Origin: an uncultured delta proteobacterium
GTDB lineage: Bacteria > Myxococcota_A > Polyangia > Fen-1088
DNA: 64,000 bases
Direction of reading: 5' to 3'
NCBI GenBank assembly: GCA_963767925.1
Contig: CAVYGB010000009.1
Span: forward strand, 128,001-192,000
Shown here: positions 18,055 through 28,143 of the stretch, one piece after another
Numbering within the stretch: position 1 is the first letter of the stretch
Layout of the letters: each line of letters begins with the position of its first letter
Notes under the pieces: generated by a model
Told to the model about the DNA's origin: nothing
What the model saw: only the letters and a program-made list of their open reading frames with translations
Databases searched by the model: none
Program-made: the position numbers and the translations under genes

Positions 18055-19147
18055 GCAGGGCCACCGTCCTTTCGCGCAGGTGCTGCGGGGTGCGGCCCGA
18101 AAGGACCGCCAGGGCCTCGGCGACCACGCTCAGCGCCACCTGCTCGGGCCCGTCGGCGCCCAGGTCGAGCCCCACCGGGGCGAACACCCGCCCGCGCTGG
18201 GCTGGCGAGAGGCGGGCCAGGATCTTCTCGCTGCGCGCGCGGGGGCCCAGCAGCCCCAGGTAGGCCACCTCGGCGGCCAGCAGGCGGGCCACCCAGTTCC
18301 CGTCGTGCTCGTAAGAGTGGGTCTTCACCACCGCGAAGGTGTCGCGCCCGACGGGCAGGTCGGCGCCGGGCTGGTCGGCTCGCATGCGGATCAGCCGCTC
18401 CGCCTCGGGAAAACGCCGGGCGGTCAGGTGGGCCGGCCGGTGGTCGGCGACGACCACCCGGAACCCGACCGCCGCCGCGAAGTGGACCAGCGCCCGGGCG
18501 TCGTCGCCCGCCCCGCACACCAGCAGGCGGGGCGGCGGCAGCAGCACCTCGCTGAAGATCCGCCGCTCGCCCACCACCTGCAGCGCCGTCCGCCGGGCCT
18601 GCAGGGCGGTCCGCGCGGCCGCCTCCACCTCCGCCGCTGCCCGGCCCTCGGGCAGGGCCAGCAGCGCGGGCCCGGTCTCGCCGAGCAGCAGGAAGCCGCC
18701 CGGGCCTCCCTCCTGCAGCACGGTGGCGAGGACCAGAGCCTCGTCGCCGCGCAGCCGCGCCGGGAGCGCCGTGAACAGATCGAGCGCCGGCCGATCGATC
18801 GGCTGCACCGCCAGGTCGACCTGCCCGTTGCAGCCCAGCCCCAGGCCCCAGATCTGCGTGTCGTCGTCGCCGGTGTCGTAGCGGAGCAGGCGGGCCCGCC
18901 CGCTCGCCATGACCTCCCGGCCGATGCGGCGGACGTCCTCTTCCAGGCAGCCGCCGCTGACCCCGCCCAGCATGGCGCCCTCGGGCTCGATCAGCAGCTT
19001 GGCCCCGGGCCGGCGATAGGCCGAGCCCTCGATGTGGGTCACGATGGCCAGCGCGGCCACGCGCTCTGATCGATCTCCGCCGCGCGCGTCGTCACCGAGA
19101 CACGCAACCCGACCCGCGATATGCCCCAGCTCCTGCCAGTGCTTCAT
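18041..19147 (-). CDS. XdhC/CoxI family Moco sulfuration/insertion chaperone
   Basis: GSAYRRPGAK, SGGCLE, GLGCNG, GAGDDA, YLGLLGPR, PVGLDLGA..PEQVALS. Confidence 0.88.
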   Translation of the reverse strand: MKHWQELGHIAGRVACLGDDARGGDRSERVAALAIVTHIEGSAYRRPGAKLLIEPEGAMLGGVSGGCLEEDVRRIGREVMASGRARLLRYDTGDDDTQIWGLGLGCNGQVDLAVQPIDRPALDLFTALPARLRGDEALVLATVLQEGGPGGFLLLGETGPALLALPEGRAAAEVEAAARTALQARRTALQVVGERRIFSEVLLPPPRLLVCGAGDDARALVHFAAAVGFRVVVADHRPAHLTARRFPEAERLIRMRADQPGADLPVGRDTFAVVKTHSYEHDGNWVARLLAAEVAYLGLLGPRARSEKILARLSPAQRGRVFAPVGLDLGADGPEQVALSVVAEALAVLSGRTPQHLRERTVALHACA

Positions 19148-19257
19148 TGCCAGCCCCCGGCGCTTCGGAGCACGGCCCAGCTCCCTGATCGCGGTCAGTC
19201 TATCCCCCTCCCGATCGGAGTCAAGCAGCCCACGCCTCGCGTGCTACCGTCAGGGGC

Positions 19258-20463
19258 GTGTGGGCGAGGGAGGACTTTCCGGCGCTGGCGGCGCGGGTTC
19301 ACGGCCATCCACTGGTGTACCTGGACAACGCCGCCACCACCCAGGTCCCCCGATCGGTGATCGATCGGATGACCCGCTTCGTCGGGGAAGGACGCGCGAA
19401 CGTCCACCGCGGCGTGCATGCGCTGGCCGAGCGGGCGAGCGCCACCTACGAGGCCGCCCGGGTGCGGGCCGCAAGCTTCGTCGGGGCCCGCCACCCCGAG
19501 GAGGTGATCTTCGTACGCGGAGCGACCGAGGCGATCAACCTGGTGGCGCGTACCTTCGGGCAGGCCCGCTTGAGGCCGGAGGACGAGGTCCTCGTCACCA
19601 CCCTCGAGCACCACTCGAACATCGTACCCTGGCAGATGGTCTGCGCCGAGCGCGGCGCCCACCTGCGGGCCGCTCCCGTCGGGGAGGAGGGGGACCTCGA
19701 TCTCGAGGCCCTCGATCGCCTGATCGGTCCGCGCACCCGCCTGGTAGCCGTGACCCACGTGTCCAACGCCATCGGAACCGTCACCCCCATCCGGTCGATC
19801 GTCGCGCGGGCCCACGCCCGCGGGGTGCCGGTGCTGGTCGACGGCGCGCAGGCGGCGGCCCACCTGCCGATCGACGTGCAGGCGCTCGGCTGCGACTTCT
19901 ACGTGCTGTCCGGCCACAAGTGTTTCGGCCCCACCGGCATCGGGCTGCTCTACGGGCGGGCCGAGCTGCTCGAGGAAATGCCGCCCTTCATGGGCGGCGG
20001 CGACATGGTGAGCGCGGTGAGCTTCGAGCGCACCAGCTACGCCGGCGTGCCCCGCCGCTTCGAGGCCGGCACCCCCAACGTCGAGGGGGCGGTGGGCCTG
20101 GCCGCCGCCTTCGACTATCTCGGCGCCCTCGATCGCGTGGCCCTCGCCGCCCACGAGCAGGATCTGCTGGCCCACGCGACGGCCGCCCTGGCGGCGGTGC
20201 CCGGGCTACGCCTGGTGGGCCGGGCCCGGGACAAGACGCCCATCGTCTCGTTCGTGCTGGCGGGGGTGCACGCCCACGACGTGGGCACCATCGTCGACCG
20301 GGAGGGCGTGGCCATCCGCACCGGGCACCACTGCGCCCAGCCCCTGCTCGAGCGCTTCGGGCTGGCGGCCACCGCCCGCGCCTCGATGGCCCTCTACAAC
20401 ACCCGGGCCGACATCGACGCCCTGGTGGCGGCGCTGGGCTCGGTGGCGGAGGTGTTCCGCTGA
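19258..20463 (+). CDS. sufS: SufS-type (class II) cysteine desulfurase
   Basis: LVYLDNAATTQ, NVHRG.H, EHHSN.VPW, SGHK..GPTGIG, RTGHHCAQP. Confidence 0.92.
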   Translation: MWAREDFPALAARVHGHPLVYLDNAATTQVPRSVIDRMTRFVGEGRANVHRGVHALAERASATYEAARVRAASFVGARHPEEVIFVRGATEAINLVARTFGQARLRPEDEVLVTTLEHHSNIVPWQMVCAERGAHLRAAPVGEEGDLDLEALDRLIGPRTRLVAVTHVSNAIGTVTPIRSIVARAHARGVPVLVDGAQAAAHLPIDVQALGCDFYVLSGHKCFGPTGIGLLYGRAELLEEMPPFMGGGDMVSAVSFERTSYAGVPRRFEAGTPNVEGAVGLAAAFDYLGALDRVALAAHEQDLLAHATAALAAVPGLRLVGRARDKTPIVSFVLAGVHAHDVGTIVDREGVAIRTGHHCAQPLLERFGLAATARASMALYNTRADIDALVAALGSVAEVFR

Positions 20464-20936
20464 TGGACGGGCCGCCGTCGCTGCACGCGCTCTACCAGGC
20501 GGCCATCCTCGATCACAGCCGCCACCCGCGCCGCTTCGGGCCGCTGCCGGAGGCCAGCCACCGGGCCCACCGGAGCAACCCGCTGTGCGGCGATGCCCTC
20601 ACGGTGGCCCTCGCGCTGGACCCCGGCGCGGGTGCGGCGGCCGGCGGCGCCCGCATCGACGACGTCCGCTTCGAGGGGGAGGGGTGCGCCCTCACCGTGG
20701 CCGCGGCCTCGCTGATGGCGGAGGCGGTCGCTGGCCGGACCGGGGCCGAGGCCGAGGCGCTGGCCGATCGCTTCTGCCGGTTCGTGGCGGGGGAGGCCCG
20801 GCCCGACGATCCGACCGCCGACCTCGGCCCGCTCGCCGCGTTCGCCGCCGTGGCCCGCTTCCCGGCCCGGGTCGAGTGCGCGCGCCTGCCCTGGCTGGCG
20901 CTGCTGGACGCGTTGTGCTCCCGAGCCGGGCGGTAA
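20463..20936 (+). CDS. sufU: SufU-type sulfur-transfer protein
   Basis: LYQ..ILDH, NPLCGD, GCA, RVECA.LPW; ATG overlaps the sufS stop. Confidence 0.88.
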   Translation: MDGPPSLHALYQAAILDHSRHPRRFGPLPEASHRAHRSNPLCGDALTVALALDPGAGAAAGGARIDDVRFEGEGCALTVAAASLMAEAVAGRTGAEAEALADRFCRFVAGEARPDDPTADLGPLAAFAAVARFPARVECARLPWLALLDALCSRAGR

Positions 20937-21039
20937 CCGCCGGACGGCGGGACGTTCCCCCCCGGTGACCGATCCCGCCGGGGGCGCCCCCGAGGTGAGA
21001 ATATCGCCGGTTTTCGCGGGGTTCTTCCCGGGTCCGGTT

Positions 21040-21054
21040 TGGCACAGGGGTTGA
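21040..21054 (+). promoter_or_regulatory. candidate sigma-54 (-24/-12) promoter
   Basis: TGGCAC-AGGGG-TTGA versus consensus TGGCAC-N5-TTGC. Confidence 0.45.
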
Positions 21055-21113
21055 TGGTGAGAGGAGGTGTGCGGCGCAGCCGGAGCTGTCGCCACACCGA
21101 AAGAGGTGGTGCC

Positions 21114-21302
21114 TTGAGATTTGCCTTCTGCAAGGGACGTGAAGTCGCGCCCGAGACCGCGGTCGCCATCGCCGAGTCCGCCTCGGGACCCGACGGGCGC
21201 GTGGTCTGGGAAACCAAGATCCAGAGCCACGAGGTGTTCGTCTGGTGGCTGCCCGACGGCAGCCGCATCCTCGGCTTCATGCCGGCGCGGGACGCGAACT
21301 GA
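21114..21302 (+). CDS. small hypothetical protein (start uncertain)
   Basis: GAGGT RBS before TTG; GC3-rich codons. Confidence 0.5.
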   Translation: MRFAFCKGREVAPETAVAIAESASGPDGRVVWETKIQSHEVFVWWLPDGSRILGFMPARDAN

Positions 21303-21311
21303 GCGAAGCGG

Positions 21312-21581
21312 TCAGCTCGGCAGGCGCGGCGAGGTCCGCGGGGGCGCCGGGGGCGCCGGGGGCGCCGTGCCTCCCCGGACTGATCCGACCAGAAGTACGA
21401 TCTTGACGTCGGCGCCTAACCGCTCGCGGACCGCCTGCTTGATGTTCTCGACCAGGTGGGGATAGGTCCGGCCGGTCGCCAGCTCGGTGCCGTTCTCCAG
21501 CCGGGCGATCATGCGCCGCCCCCGGCCTGTGCCCTCGATGTGCACGCGCAGCCGCCTCTCCGCGCCCCCCTCGTCGTTCAT
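21312..21581 (-). CDS. small hypothetical protein, weakly HicB-N-like
   Basis: ATGRTYPHLVENIKQAV resembles the HicB G.T..E...N...A motif. Confidence 0.45.
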   Translation of the reverse strand: MNDEGGAERRLRVHIEGTGRGRRMIARLENGTELATGRTYPHLVENIKQAVRERLGADVKIVLLVGSVRGGTAPPAPPAPPRTSPRLPS

Positions 21582-21778
21582 CGCTTCGACGCTAGCGTCC
21601 GGCTGGCACCGCCGGGATAGGGTCGACTACCAGATCCCTCGCGCGGCCTCGGGGGCCACCCGTGAAGGTCGTCCCGGGGCGCGTCGAGACCGTACCTGCG
21701 GGCCCCGGCACCAAGGGGTAGAACCGGAGCACGGCACCCGACCGCCGCCGGGGTTCCGCCCCCCTTCTCCCCGCCCGG

Positions 21779-22039
21779 CGTGATCACCTGGCCTTCCGGC
21801 TCACCCCGCTGCTGGCCTGCTCCCTCCTCGCGACCGCCGTCTTCGGCGGCTCCGCCCGGGCCTGGAGCGCCCCGCTGCAGGTGGCGGGCGGCGTGACAAC
21901 CGTGCGGGACATGGACAACGACAACGCCGTCCTCGGCGACCTCATCACCCGCATCGACGCCGGCACCAGCATCGGCCCCCGCATGCCCCTCGCCCCGGCG
22001 TTGACCATCGCCAGCAGCGCTGCGCGCGAGCGCCGTTGA
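21779..22039 (+). pseudogene. amidohydrolase remnant (signal-peptide-like segment joined to an internal fragment)
   Basis: LLACSLLATAVFGGSARA followed by GGVTTVRDM...RIDAGTSIGPR and an early stop. Confidence 0.45.
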
Positions 22040-22106
22040 CCGGACAAAGTGACGTTCCGGCCCAGCCGGTCTGAACGAGCTGCTAGGCTGCGCCCAGGGG
22101 GTACCC

Positions 22107-22970
22107 ATGCGCACGGCATACCTGGCGGCCGTGGCCAGCGCCCTGGCCGCCATCTTCGGCTCCGCGCTCGCCCAGGTCGGCGGCGCGGTTCCGGCCACGC
22201 CCGAAGTGGTGTCGCCGCTGGGCGCGCGCTTCTTCGCTCGCCCCGACAAGAAGGACGCCATCGCCCAGGCCCGCAAGAAGCTGGAAGCGACCCCCGACCG
22301 CGTCGAGGCCATCGTCGCCCTGGCCCAGGCTCAGGTCGACGCCCTCCGGCTGCGCGACGCCGTCGCCAGCTACACCCGGGCGATCCAGCTCGCCCCCGAC
22401 GACGCCCTGCTGTACCGCTACCGTGGCCACCGCTACATCTCCCTGCGCCAGTTCGACCGGGCCATCGCCGACCTCGAGCGAGGCGCCCGCCTCGACACCA
22501 CGCGCTTCGAGATCTGGTTCCACCTGGGCCTGGCCTATTACCTCAACGGCAAGTTCGCCCAGGCGGCGGTTGCCTACGAGAAGGCCTATCAAGTGGCCGA
22601 TCAGGACGACCCGCGCCTGGCCGCCTCGGATTGGCTCTACATGAGCCACCGCCGGGAGGGCAACGAGTCGGCGGCCCGGCGCGTCCTCGAGCGCATCGGC
22701 CCCGACCTCAAGGCCGCCGAGGACACGACGTACCTCGACCGCCTCCTGTTTTACAAGGGGCTGCGCAAGGAGGGGCAGATCTTCCACCGCCGCCTCGACG
22801 AGCGGCAGCGCGCCACCATGGGCTACGGTATCGGCAACTGGCACCTTTATAGCGGCGACAAGGTGGCAGCCCGCCGCATCTTCGAGCGGGTGCTCACCAG
22901 CAAGGAGTGGGCGGCCTTCGGCTTCATCGCCGCCGAGAACGAGCTGGCCAGCTGGGCCGGGCCGCCGTGA
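22107..22970 (+). CDS. secreted TPR-repeat protein
   Basis: N-terminal signal peptide; [24 protein letters not shown] patterns. Confidence 0.85.
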   Translation: MRTAYLAAVASALAAIFGSALAQVGGAVPATPEVVSPLGARFFARPDKKDAIAQARKKLEATPDRVEAIVALAQAQVDALRLRDAVASYTRAIQLAPDDALLYRYRGHRYISLRQFDRAIADLERGARLDTTRFEIWFHLGLAYYLNGKFAQAAVAYEKAYQVADQDDPRLAASDWLYMSHRREGNESAARRVLERIGPDLKAAEDTTYLDRLLFYKGLRKEGQIFHRRLDERQRATMGYGIGNWHLYSGDKVAARRIFERVLTSKEWAAFGFIAAENELASWAGPP

Positions 22971-22980
22971 TAAAACGCCC

Positions 22981-23460
22981 TCCTTCGACCACGTGTTCGC
23001 CACCTTCGAATACGCCGGCGGCCGCACCGTCACCTTCACCTCGATCGAGTCGAACGCCCACGAGAGCACCTTCGAGCAGGTGATGGGGACCAGGGGGACG
23101 CTGGTCCTGGCGGCAACAGCGAGGGGTTCCTGTTCAACGAGGGCGGGCCGGCTCCCGCCGCCGCCGCGCCTTCACCCGCGCCAGCGGCGCCGGTCGCGGC
23201 GCCAGTCGGGCCCGAGCGAAGCGAAGGAACCCGACTACTTCGAAAACCGTCCCTGGCGCGCGGACCGGCTCCGCCTGCCAACGCCCCCCGGACCGGCTGG
23301 TGGCTCGCCTATCACGACGAGATAGCCGCCTTCTGTGCGGCGATTCGCGAGGGGGCTCCCTTGCGCTGTGGACCGGACGAGGCCCTCGGCAGCGCCATGG
23401 CCTGCATCCGGGCCGAGGAGGCCGACTTTCAGCGGGCACGGCTCACCCTCCCCGCCCTCA
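22981..23460 (+). pseudogene. C-terminal remnant of a Gfo/Idh/MocA oxidoreductase
   Basis: [11 protein letters not shown]...[10 protein letters not shown] and [15 protein letters not shown]....AL.SA.ACI.A spread over shifted frames; no Rossmann N-terminus. Confidence 0.55.
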
Positions 23461-24567
23461 GTGCGATCGGTGCTCCAGCCGGGGATAAGTCGCCACCAGC
23501 GGGAGCTCGAGGGCGAAGACCGCCGGCAGCGGCTGGTCGCTGACCCAGATGCGCCCGCCGTGGGCCTCGAGGGCCAGCCGGCAGAAGTAGAGGCCCAGGC
23601 CCAGGTTGGTGCGCCCGGCGCTCTCGCCCTTGGCATATTTCTCGAAGATCGTCTCGCGCATCTCCGAGGGGACGGGGGGGCCGTCGTTGCCGATGGTGAT
23701 GGTGGCGACGTCGCCCTGGGCCTCCGCCCGCATGACGATGTTTCCGCCCACCGGCACGTGGCGGAGCGAGTTGTCGACCACGTTTTCGATGACCCGGGTC
23801 AGCAGGTCGACGTCGGCGCTCACCTGCAGCTCGCGATCGACCTGCAGGTCGACGTGGACCGTCCGGTTGCGCATCAGGGGGCCGCGCGCCTCGGCCACGC
23901 TGGCCAGCAGATCGGCCGGGCGGGCCGCCGATCGGTGCAGCACCAGGCGCCGAGACTCCATCCGCACGAGGTCGAGCATGTTCTCGACGATGCGCATGAT
24001 CCGCTCGCTGGCGGTGCGGGCGTCGCCGAGGGCGTCGAGGCTCACTTCGTCCTGCGGCTGGTTGCCCAGGTGGGCCAGGCACATCTGCACCACCGTGATG
24101 GGGTTCTTGAGATCGTGTATCAGGAGCGACGACATCTCCTCCCGGAAGCGGATCAGCTCGAGCAGGTCGAGGTTGCGCGCCCGCAGCCGCAGCTCCCGGT
24201 CGCGCAGGCCGAGCAGGTTGCGCACGCGCGGCACGAGCTGGGCCCGATCGACAGGCTTGGTGAGAAAGTCGTCGGCTCCCACCTCCAGCCCACGCCGGCG
24301 CGACTCGCCGTCGTTGAGCGCGGTCACCAGCACCACCGGCAGGAACAGGTCGCCGCAGTCCTGCTTGAGCCGGCGGGTGGCATCGAAGCCGTCCATGTGG
24401 GGCATCATGACGTCCATCAGCACCAGGTCGGGGGCCGACCGCTGGGCGATCTCCAGCGCCTCGATCCCGTCGCCGGCCTCGAGCACGGAGGTCGCCTCGT
24501 CCTCCAGCATGGCGCGGAGCAGGCGGCGGTTCACGGCCTCATCGTCGACGATCAGGATTCGATGCAT
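23458..24567 (-). CDS. hybrid receiver-histidine kinase
   Basis: ILIVDD, LMDVMMP, FLTKP receiver; HDLKNP H-box; GLGLYFC G2 box; AGGAG RBS. Confidence 0.92.
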   Translation of the reverse strand: MHRILIVDDEAVNRRLLRAMLEDEATSVLEAGDGIEALEIAQRSAPDLVLMDVMMPHMDGFDATRRLKQDCGDLFLPVVLVTALNDGESRRRGLEVGADDFLTKPVDRAQLVPRVRNLLGLRDRELRLRARNLDLLELIRFREEMSSLLIHDLKNPITVVQMCLAHLGNQPQDEVSLDALGDARTASERIMRIVENMLDLVRMESRRLVLHRSAARPADLLASVAEARGPLMRNRTVHVDLQVDRELQVSADVDLLTRVIENVVDNSLRHVPVGGNIVMRAEAQGDVATITIGNDGPPVPSEMRETIFEKYAKGESAGRTNLGLGLYFCRLALEAHGGRIWVSDQPLPAVFALELPLVATYPRLEHRSH

Positions 24568-24594
24568 GTTGGGTTCTCCTGGGTAACGACCGAT

Positions 24595-24659
24595 ACACTG
24601 TTCATGCCAATAACTCCTGCCGCCACCCCGGACGCGAAGTAAGTAGTGATACTTATTTA
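24595..24659. promoter_or_regulatory. AT-rich divergent promoter region with an inverted repeat and a possible sigma-54 box on the minus strand
   Basis: TAAGTA-GTGA-TACTTA palindrome at 24640-24655; minus strand TTGGCATGAACAGTGT (GG-N10-GT). Confidence 0.45.
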
Positions 24660-24735
24660 AAGGGCCACTTGATCCCGTCGATTAGCGGTTCAGGGGATCG
24701 CAAGACAATGGGGAGGTTCTGACCGGAGTGGCGCC

Positions 24736-26613
24736 ATGCTGGAGCTGGATGCCAGGTCGCCGGGGCTCCAAGAGTTCGCGCTCGGCGTCGGCGCGCGGCT
24801 CGGCCCGTACCGTCTAGGTCCCGAGATCGCCAACGGAGGCATGGCCTCCGTGCATCTCGGGTGCCTGGAGGGGGCGCACGGGTTCGGGCGCGTGGTGGCG
24901 ATCAAGCGGATCCACCCCCACCTCGCGCGCGAGCGCGAGTTCGTCGACATGTTCCTCGACGAGGCCCGCATCGCGGCGCGGGTCTCGCATCCGTTCGTCG
25001 CCTCGGTCACCGACTTCGGCGAGTGGCAGGGGCAGCCCTTCATCACGATGGAGCTGCTGCTGGGCGAGCCCATCTCGCGCGTGCTGGCGTCGGCCTCCCG
25101 GGTCCCCTCGGAGATCGCCGCCCCCCACTACCGCCTGCTGGTCACCCGGCTCATCGCCGACCTGTGTGAAGGCCTGCACGCCGCCCACGAGGTGAAGGAC
25201 GACGCGGGCGTCTCGATGGGGGTGGTCCATCGCGACATCTCCCCCACCAACTTGCTGGTGCTCTATAGCGGCACCCCCAAGATCCTCGACTTCGGCATCG
25301 CCCGCGCGGAGAACCGCCTGCACCAGACCTTGCCCGGATCGTTCAAGGGCAAGCTGGCCTACGCCGCGCCCGAGGTGCTGATGGCCCAGCCCTACGACCG
25401 GCGCTCGGACATCTGGTCGATGGGTGTGGTGCTGTGGGAGATGTTGACCGCCAGCCGGCTGTTCTGGGGCGAGACCGACGTAGAGCGCATCATCGCCGTG
25501 ACCAAGGGGCGCATCCCGCCTCCCTCCGAGCGTCAGCCCACCATCCCCCCGGAGCTGGAGGAGGTGACGATGATGGCGCTCGCGCGCGACCCCGAGCGCC
25601 GTTACCAGACGGCCCGGGCGATGTCGCGCGATCTCGAGCGGTTTCTGGGGCATTGGGGGGACTCCGTGCCGCATGCCGATGTCGCCGACTGGCTGAGCGC
25701 CCTGTTCCCCGGTGCGGCCGACCGGAAGCAGGAGCTGCTGCGCACCGCCTTCTCCGCTCCCTCGGAGCAAGATCGGAACCAGGCCGGCTCGCCGGCGGCC
25801 GCCGAGGCCGCCCTCAAGGCGCAGCAGATCCAGGCGCAGGCCTTCTTCGCCACCATCCCCAGCATCACCAGCGTCTCGCCCGATCCCGCCGACCACAGCG
25901 AACCGGACGGCAAGACCGATCCGGGCCCGCCCCCCGCCGTGTCGGGCGCGGTGGCGGTCCCCAGCGCGCTGGCCACCCTCGAGACCGAGGCGGCCACGCC
26001 GCCGCGCCGCTCGCGCCGCCGCCCCATCGCGGCGGTGGTGCTCGGATTGATCGGGACCGGCGTGCTGGTGCTGGCGGTCCGGGCCGGCCCGTCGACCCAG
26101 GCCGGCCCCACCCCCGTCGTCACGGCGCCTCCCGCCGCGCCGCTGGCCCCTCCGCTGGGCGAGCCCGAGTCCCGCTCGGCGGCCCCCGACCCCCTGCCCA
26201 CGCCCCCGCCCGCCCCGTCGGCGGCGCTGCCTGCCCCGTCGGCGGCGCTGCCCGCCCTGGTGGCGCCGGCCCCCGCGGTCCCCGAGGAGCCGGCCGCGGC
26301 GATCAAGCGGGTGCGGCGGCCCGCCTGGGCGACGCGCGGGTCGCGCGGCGCGCACGCGCCGGACGCGGGCATCGCCGAGCCGGCCGGTCCCCGCAAGGGC
26401 CAGCTCCTCGTGCGCACGCCGGGCAGCCCGGCCGACGTGTTTTACAAGGGGCGTCTCCTGACCCGCACGCCGGCCCTGCTCACGCTGACCGCGGGGCAAC
26501 ACGAGCTGCAGATCCGGGGGACCGAGGACGAGGAGTTTTATCCGCTGAACGTCACGGTCAAGGCCGGCGAGACGGTTGTGTACGACGTCAACCCAGGGAG
26601 GGCGCCGCCCTGA
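24736..26613 (+). CDS. membrane Ser/Thr kinase with a Pro-rich linker and C-terminal PEGA-like domain
   Basis: GGMASV, VAIKR, HRDISPTN, DFGIA, GKLAYAAPE; TM helix; RTPA.LTL.AG.H. Confidence 0.93.
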   Translation: MLELDARSPGLQEFALGVGARLGPYRLGPEIANGGMASVHLGCLEGAHGFGRVVAIKRIHPHLAREREFVDMFLDEARIAARVSHPFVASVTDFGEWQGQPFITMELLLGEPISRVLASASRVPSEIAAPHYRLLVTRLIADLCEGLHAAHEVKDDAGVSMGVVHRDISPTNLLVLYSGTPKILDFGIARAENRLHQTLPGSFKGKLAYAAPEVLMAQPYDRRSDIWSMGVVLWEMLTASRLFWGETDVERIIAVTKGRIPPPSERQPTIPPELEEVTMMALARDPERRYQTARAMSRDLERFLGHWGDSVPHADVADWLSALFPGAADRKQELLRTAFSAPSEQDRNQAGSPAAAEAALKAQQIQAQAFFATIPSITSVSPDPADHSEPDGKTDPGPPPAVSGAVAVPSALATLETEAATPPRRSRRRPIAAVVLGLIGTGVLVLAVRAGPSTQAGPTPVVTAPPAAPLAPPLGEPESRSAAPDPLPTPPPAPSAALPAPSAALPALVAPAPAVPEEPAAAIKRVRRPAWATRGSRGAHAPDAGIAEPAGPRKGQLLVRTPGSPADVFYKGRLLTRTPALLTLTAGQHELQIRGTEDEEFYPLNVTVKAGETVVYDVNPGRAPP

Positions 26614-26663
26614 CACGAAGGGGGGAGCTCCGGGGGCTCTCTCCAGTCCCGGCAGGCTTCCGC

Positions 26664-28136
26664 GTGCTGGGGGCGGTGCTGGGGGTCCTGGCGCTGGCCG
26701 CCTCCGGGCGGGCGCAGGAGCGCGGCTTCGCCCTCAACCGCTACCAGCCGGCCGACGACCCGGCCGGGTTCTTCTCGGTGGCCTCCCCCTCGGTCAACGG
26801 CGACCGCGCGCTGTCGGCGGCGCTGGTGGCCGACTACGCCCACGCGCCGCTCGTGTTGCGCACGGTCGACGGGGGCCTCGAGCGGGGCGAGGTGGTGTCG
26901 GGGCAGCTCTTCCTGCACGCCACGCTGGCCTACGCCCTGTGGAACCGGCTGCTGGTCTCGCTGGCGGTGCCCTTCGCCGCCAGCAACAGCGGCCACGACG
27001 TCATGCCCCCCGACGGGCCGGTCATCCCGGCGCCGCGGGGTGCGGCCTTCGGTGACGTCGCCCTGGGCGGGCGGCTCCGCCTGCTGGGCCGGGGATCGGG
27101 ACCGCTGGCGCTGGGCATGGGGGTGCGGCTCTGGGTGCCGAGCGGGCAGCAAGCCGCCTACACCGGCGACGGCCGGGCGCGCGCCGCCCTGGACCTGGTG
27201 ATCGGCGGCCAGATGCCCTTCGGCCTGATCTGGTCGGCCTCGGCGGCGGGCGTGCTGCGCGGTCGGGCCCAGCTCCTCGGCACGGTCTCCGACGACGAGA
27301 TCCAGTTCGCCGGGGCGGCCGGCTACCGGCTGGCCCGCGACCGCCTGCTGATCGGCCCCGAGGTGGTGGCCAGCGTCATCCCGGGGGCCGCCGGCAGCAT
27401 CGGCCTGGCCCAGGTGCTGGTCAGCGCCCGTTACCAGGCGGGGTCGATGATCGTCGGCCTGTCGGCGGGGCCCGGGCTGGGCCGGGCCACCGGCACGCCC
27501 TCGGTGCGGCTGCTGGCCAGCGTCGGCTTCGCCCCCGCGGCGCCGGGACGGAGCAACGCCGAGCCCACCTCGGCCTTGACCTTCGCCCGCCCCGTCGCCC
27601 CCGACGGCGCCCCCGGGGCCCCCTCGGCGGCCGACCGCGACGGCGACGGCATCTCCGACCAGCTCGACCGGTGCCCGCGCGAGCGGGGGCCGAGCACCCA
27701 CGACCCCAAGAGCAACGGCTGCCCCAGCCTGGTGCGGGTGACCGAATACGAGATCGTGACCTTGAAGAAGGTCCATTTCGTCAGCGGGATGGCCCGCTTG
27801 CACCCCGACGCCTCCGAGTTGCTGTCGCAGGTGGCCCAGGTGCTGATCGAGCACCCCGAGATCCGGCGAGTCCTCATCGAGGGGCACACCGATGGCCGGG
27901 GTGGCGACAAGCGCAACCTCGCCCTGTCCACGGCCCGCGCCCGCACGGTGCGGCTGTGGCTGATCAAGAAAGGGATCGCGCCGGAACGCCTGGAGGCCCA
28001 GGGTTACGGGGCCAGCCGCCGCCTGGAAGCCGACGACACGATCCAGGGACGCGAGCGAAACCGGCGGGTCGAGTTTCGCATTCTCGACCCGGCACCGGTG
28101 GACGTCTCGGCCAGCGAAATCGGAAGCGGCCCATGA
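26664..28136 (+). CDS. OmpA-family outer-membrane protein with a TSP3-like repeat
   Basis: signal peptide; DRDGDGISDQLDRCP; IEGHTD..G....NL.LS..RA; NRRVEF. Confidence 0.88.
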   Translation: MLGAVLGVLALAASGRAQERGFALNRYQPADDPAGFFSVASPSVNGDRALSAALVADYAHAPLVLRTVDGGLERGEVVSGQLFLHATLAYALWNRLLVSLAVPFAASNSGHDVMPPDGPVIPAPRGAAFGDVALGGRLRLLGRGSGPLALGMGVRLWVPSGQQAAYTGDGRARAALDLVIGGQMPFGLIWSASAAGVLRGRAQLLGTVSDDEIQFAGAAGYRLARDRLLIGPEVVASVIPGAAGSIGLAQVLVSARYQAGSMIVGLSAGPGLGRATGTPSVRLLASVGFAPAAPGRSNAEPTSALTFARPVAPDGAPGAPSAADRDGDGISDQLDRCPRERGPSTHDPKSNGCPSLVRVTEYEIVTLKKVHFVSGMARLHPDASELLSQVAQVLIEHPEIRRVLIEGHTDGRGGDKRNLALSTARARTVRLWLIKKGIAPERLEAQGYGASRRLEADDTIQGRERNRRVEFRILDPAPVDVSASEIGSGP

Positions 28137-28143
28137 GCGGAAA

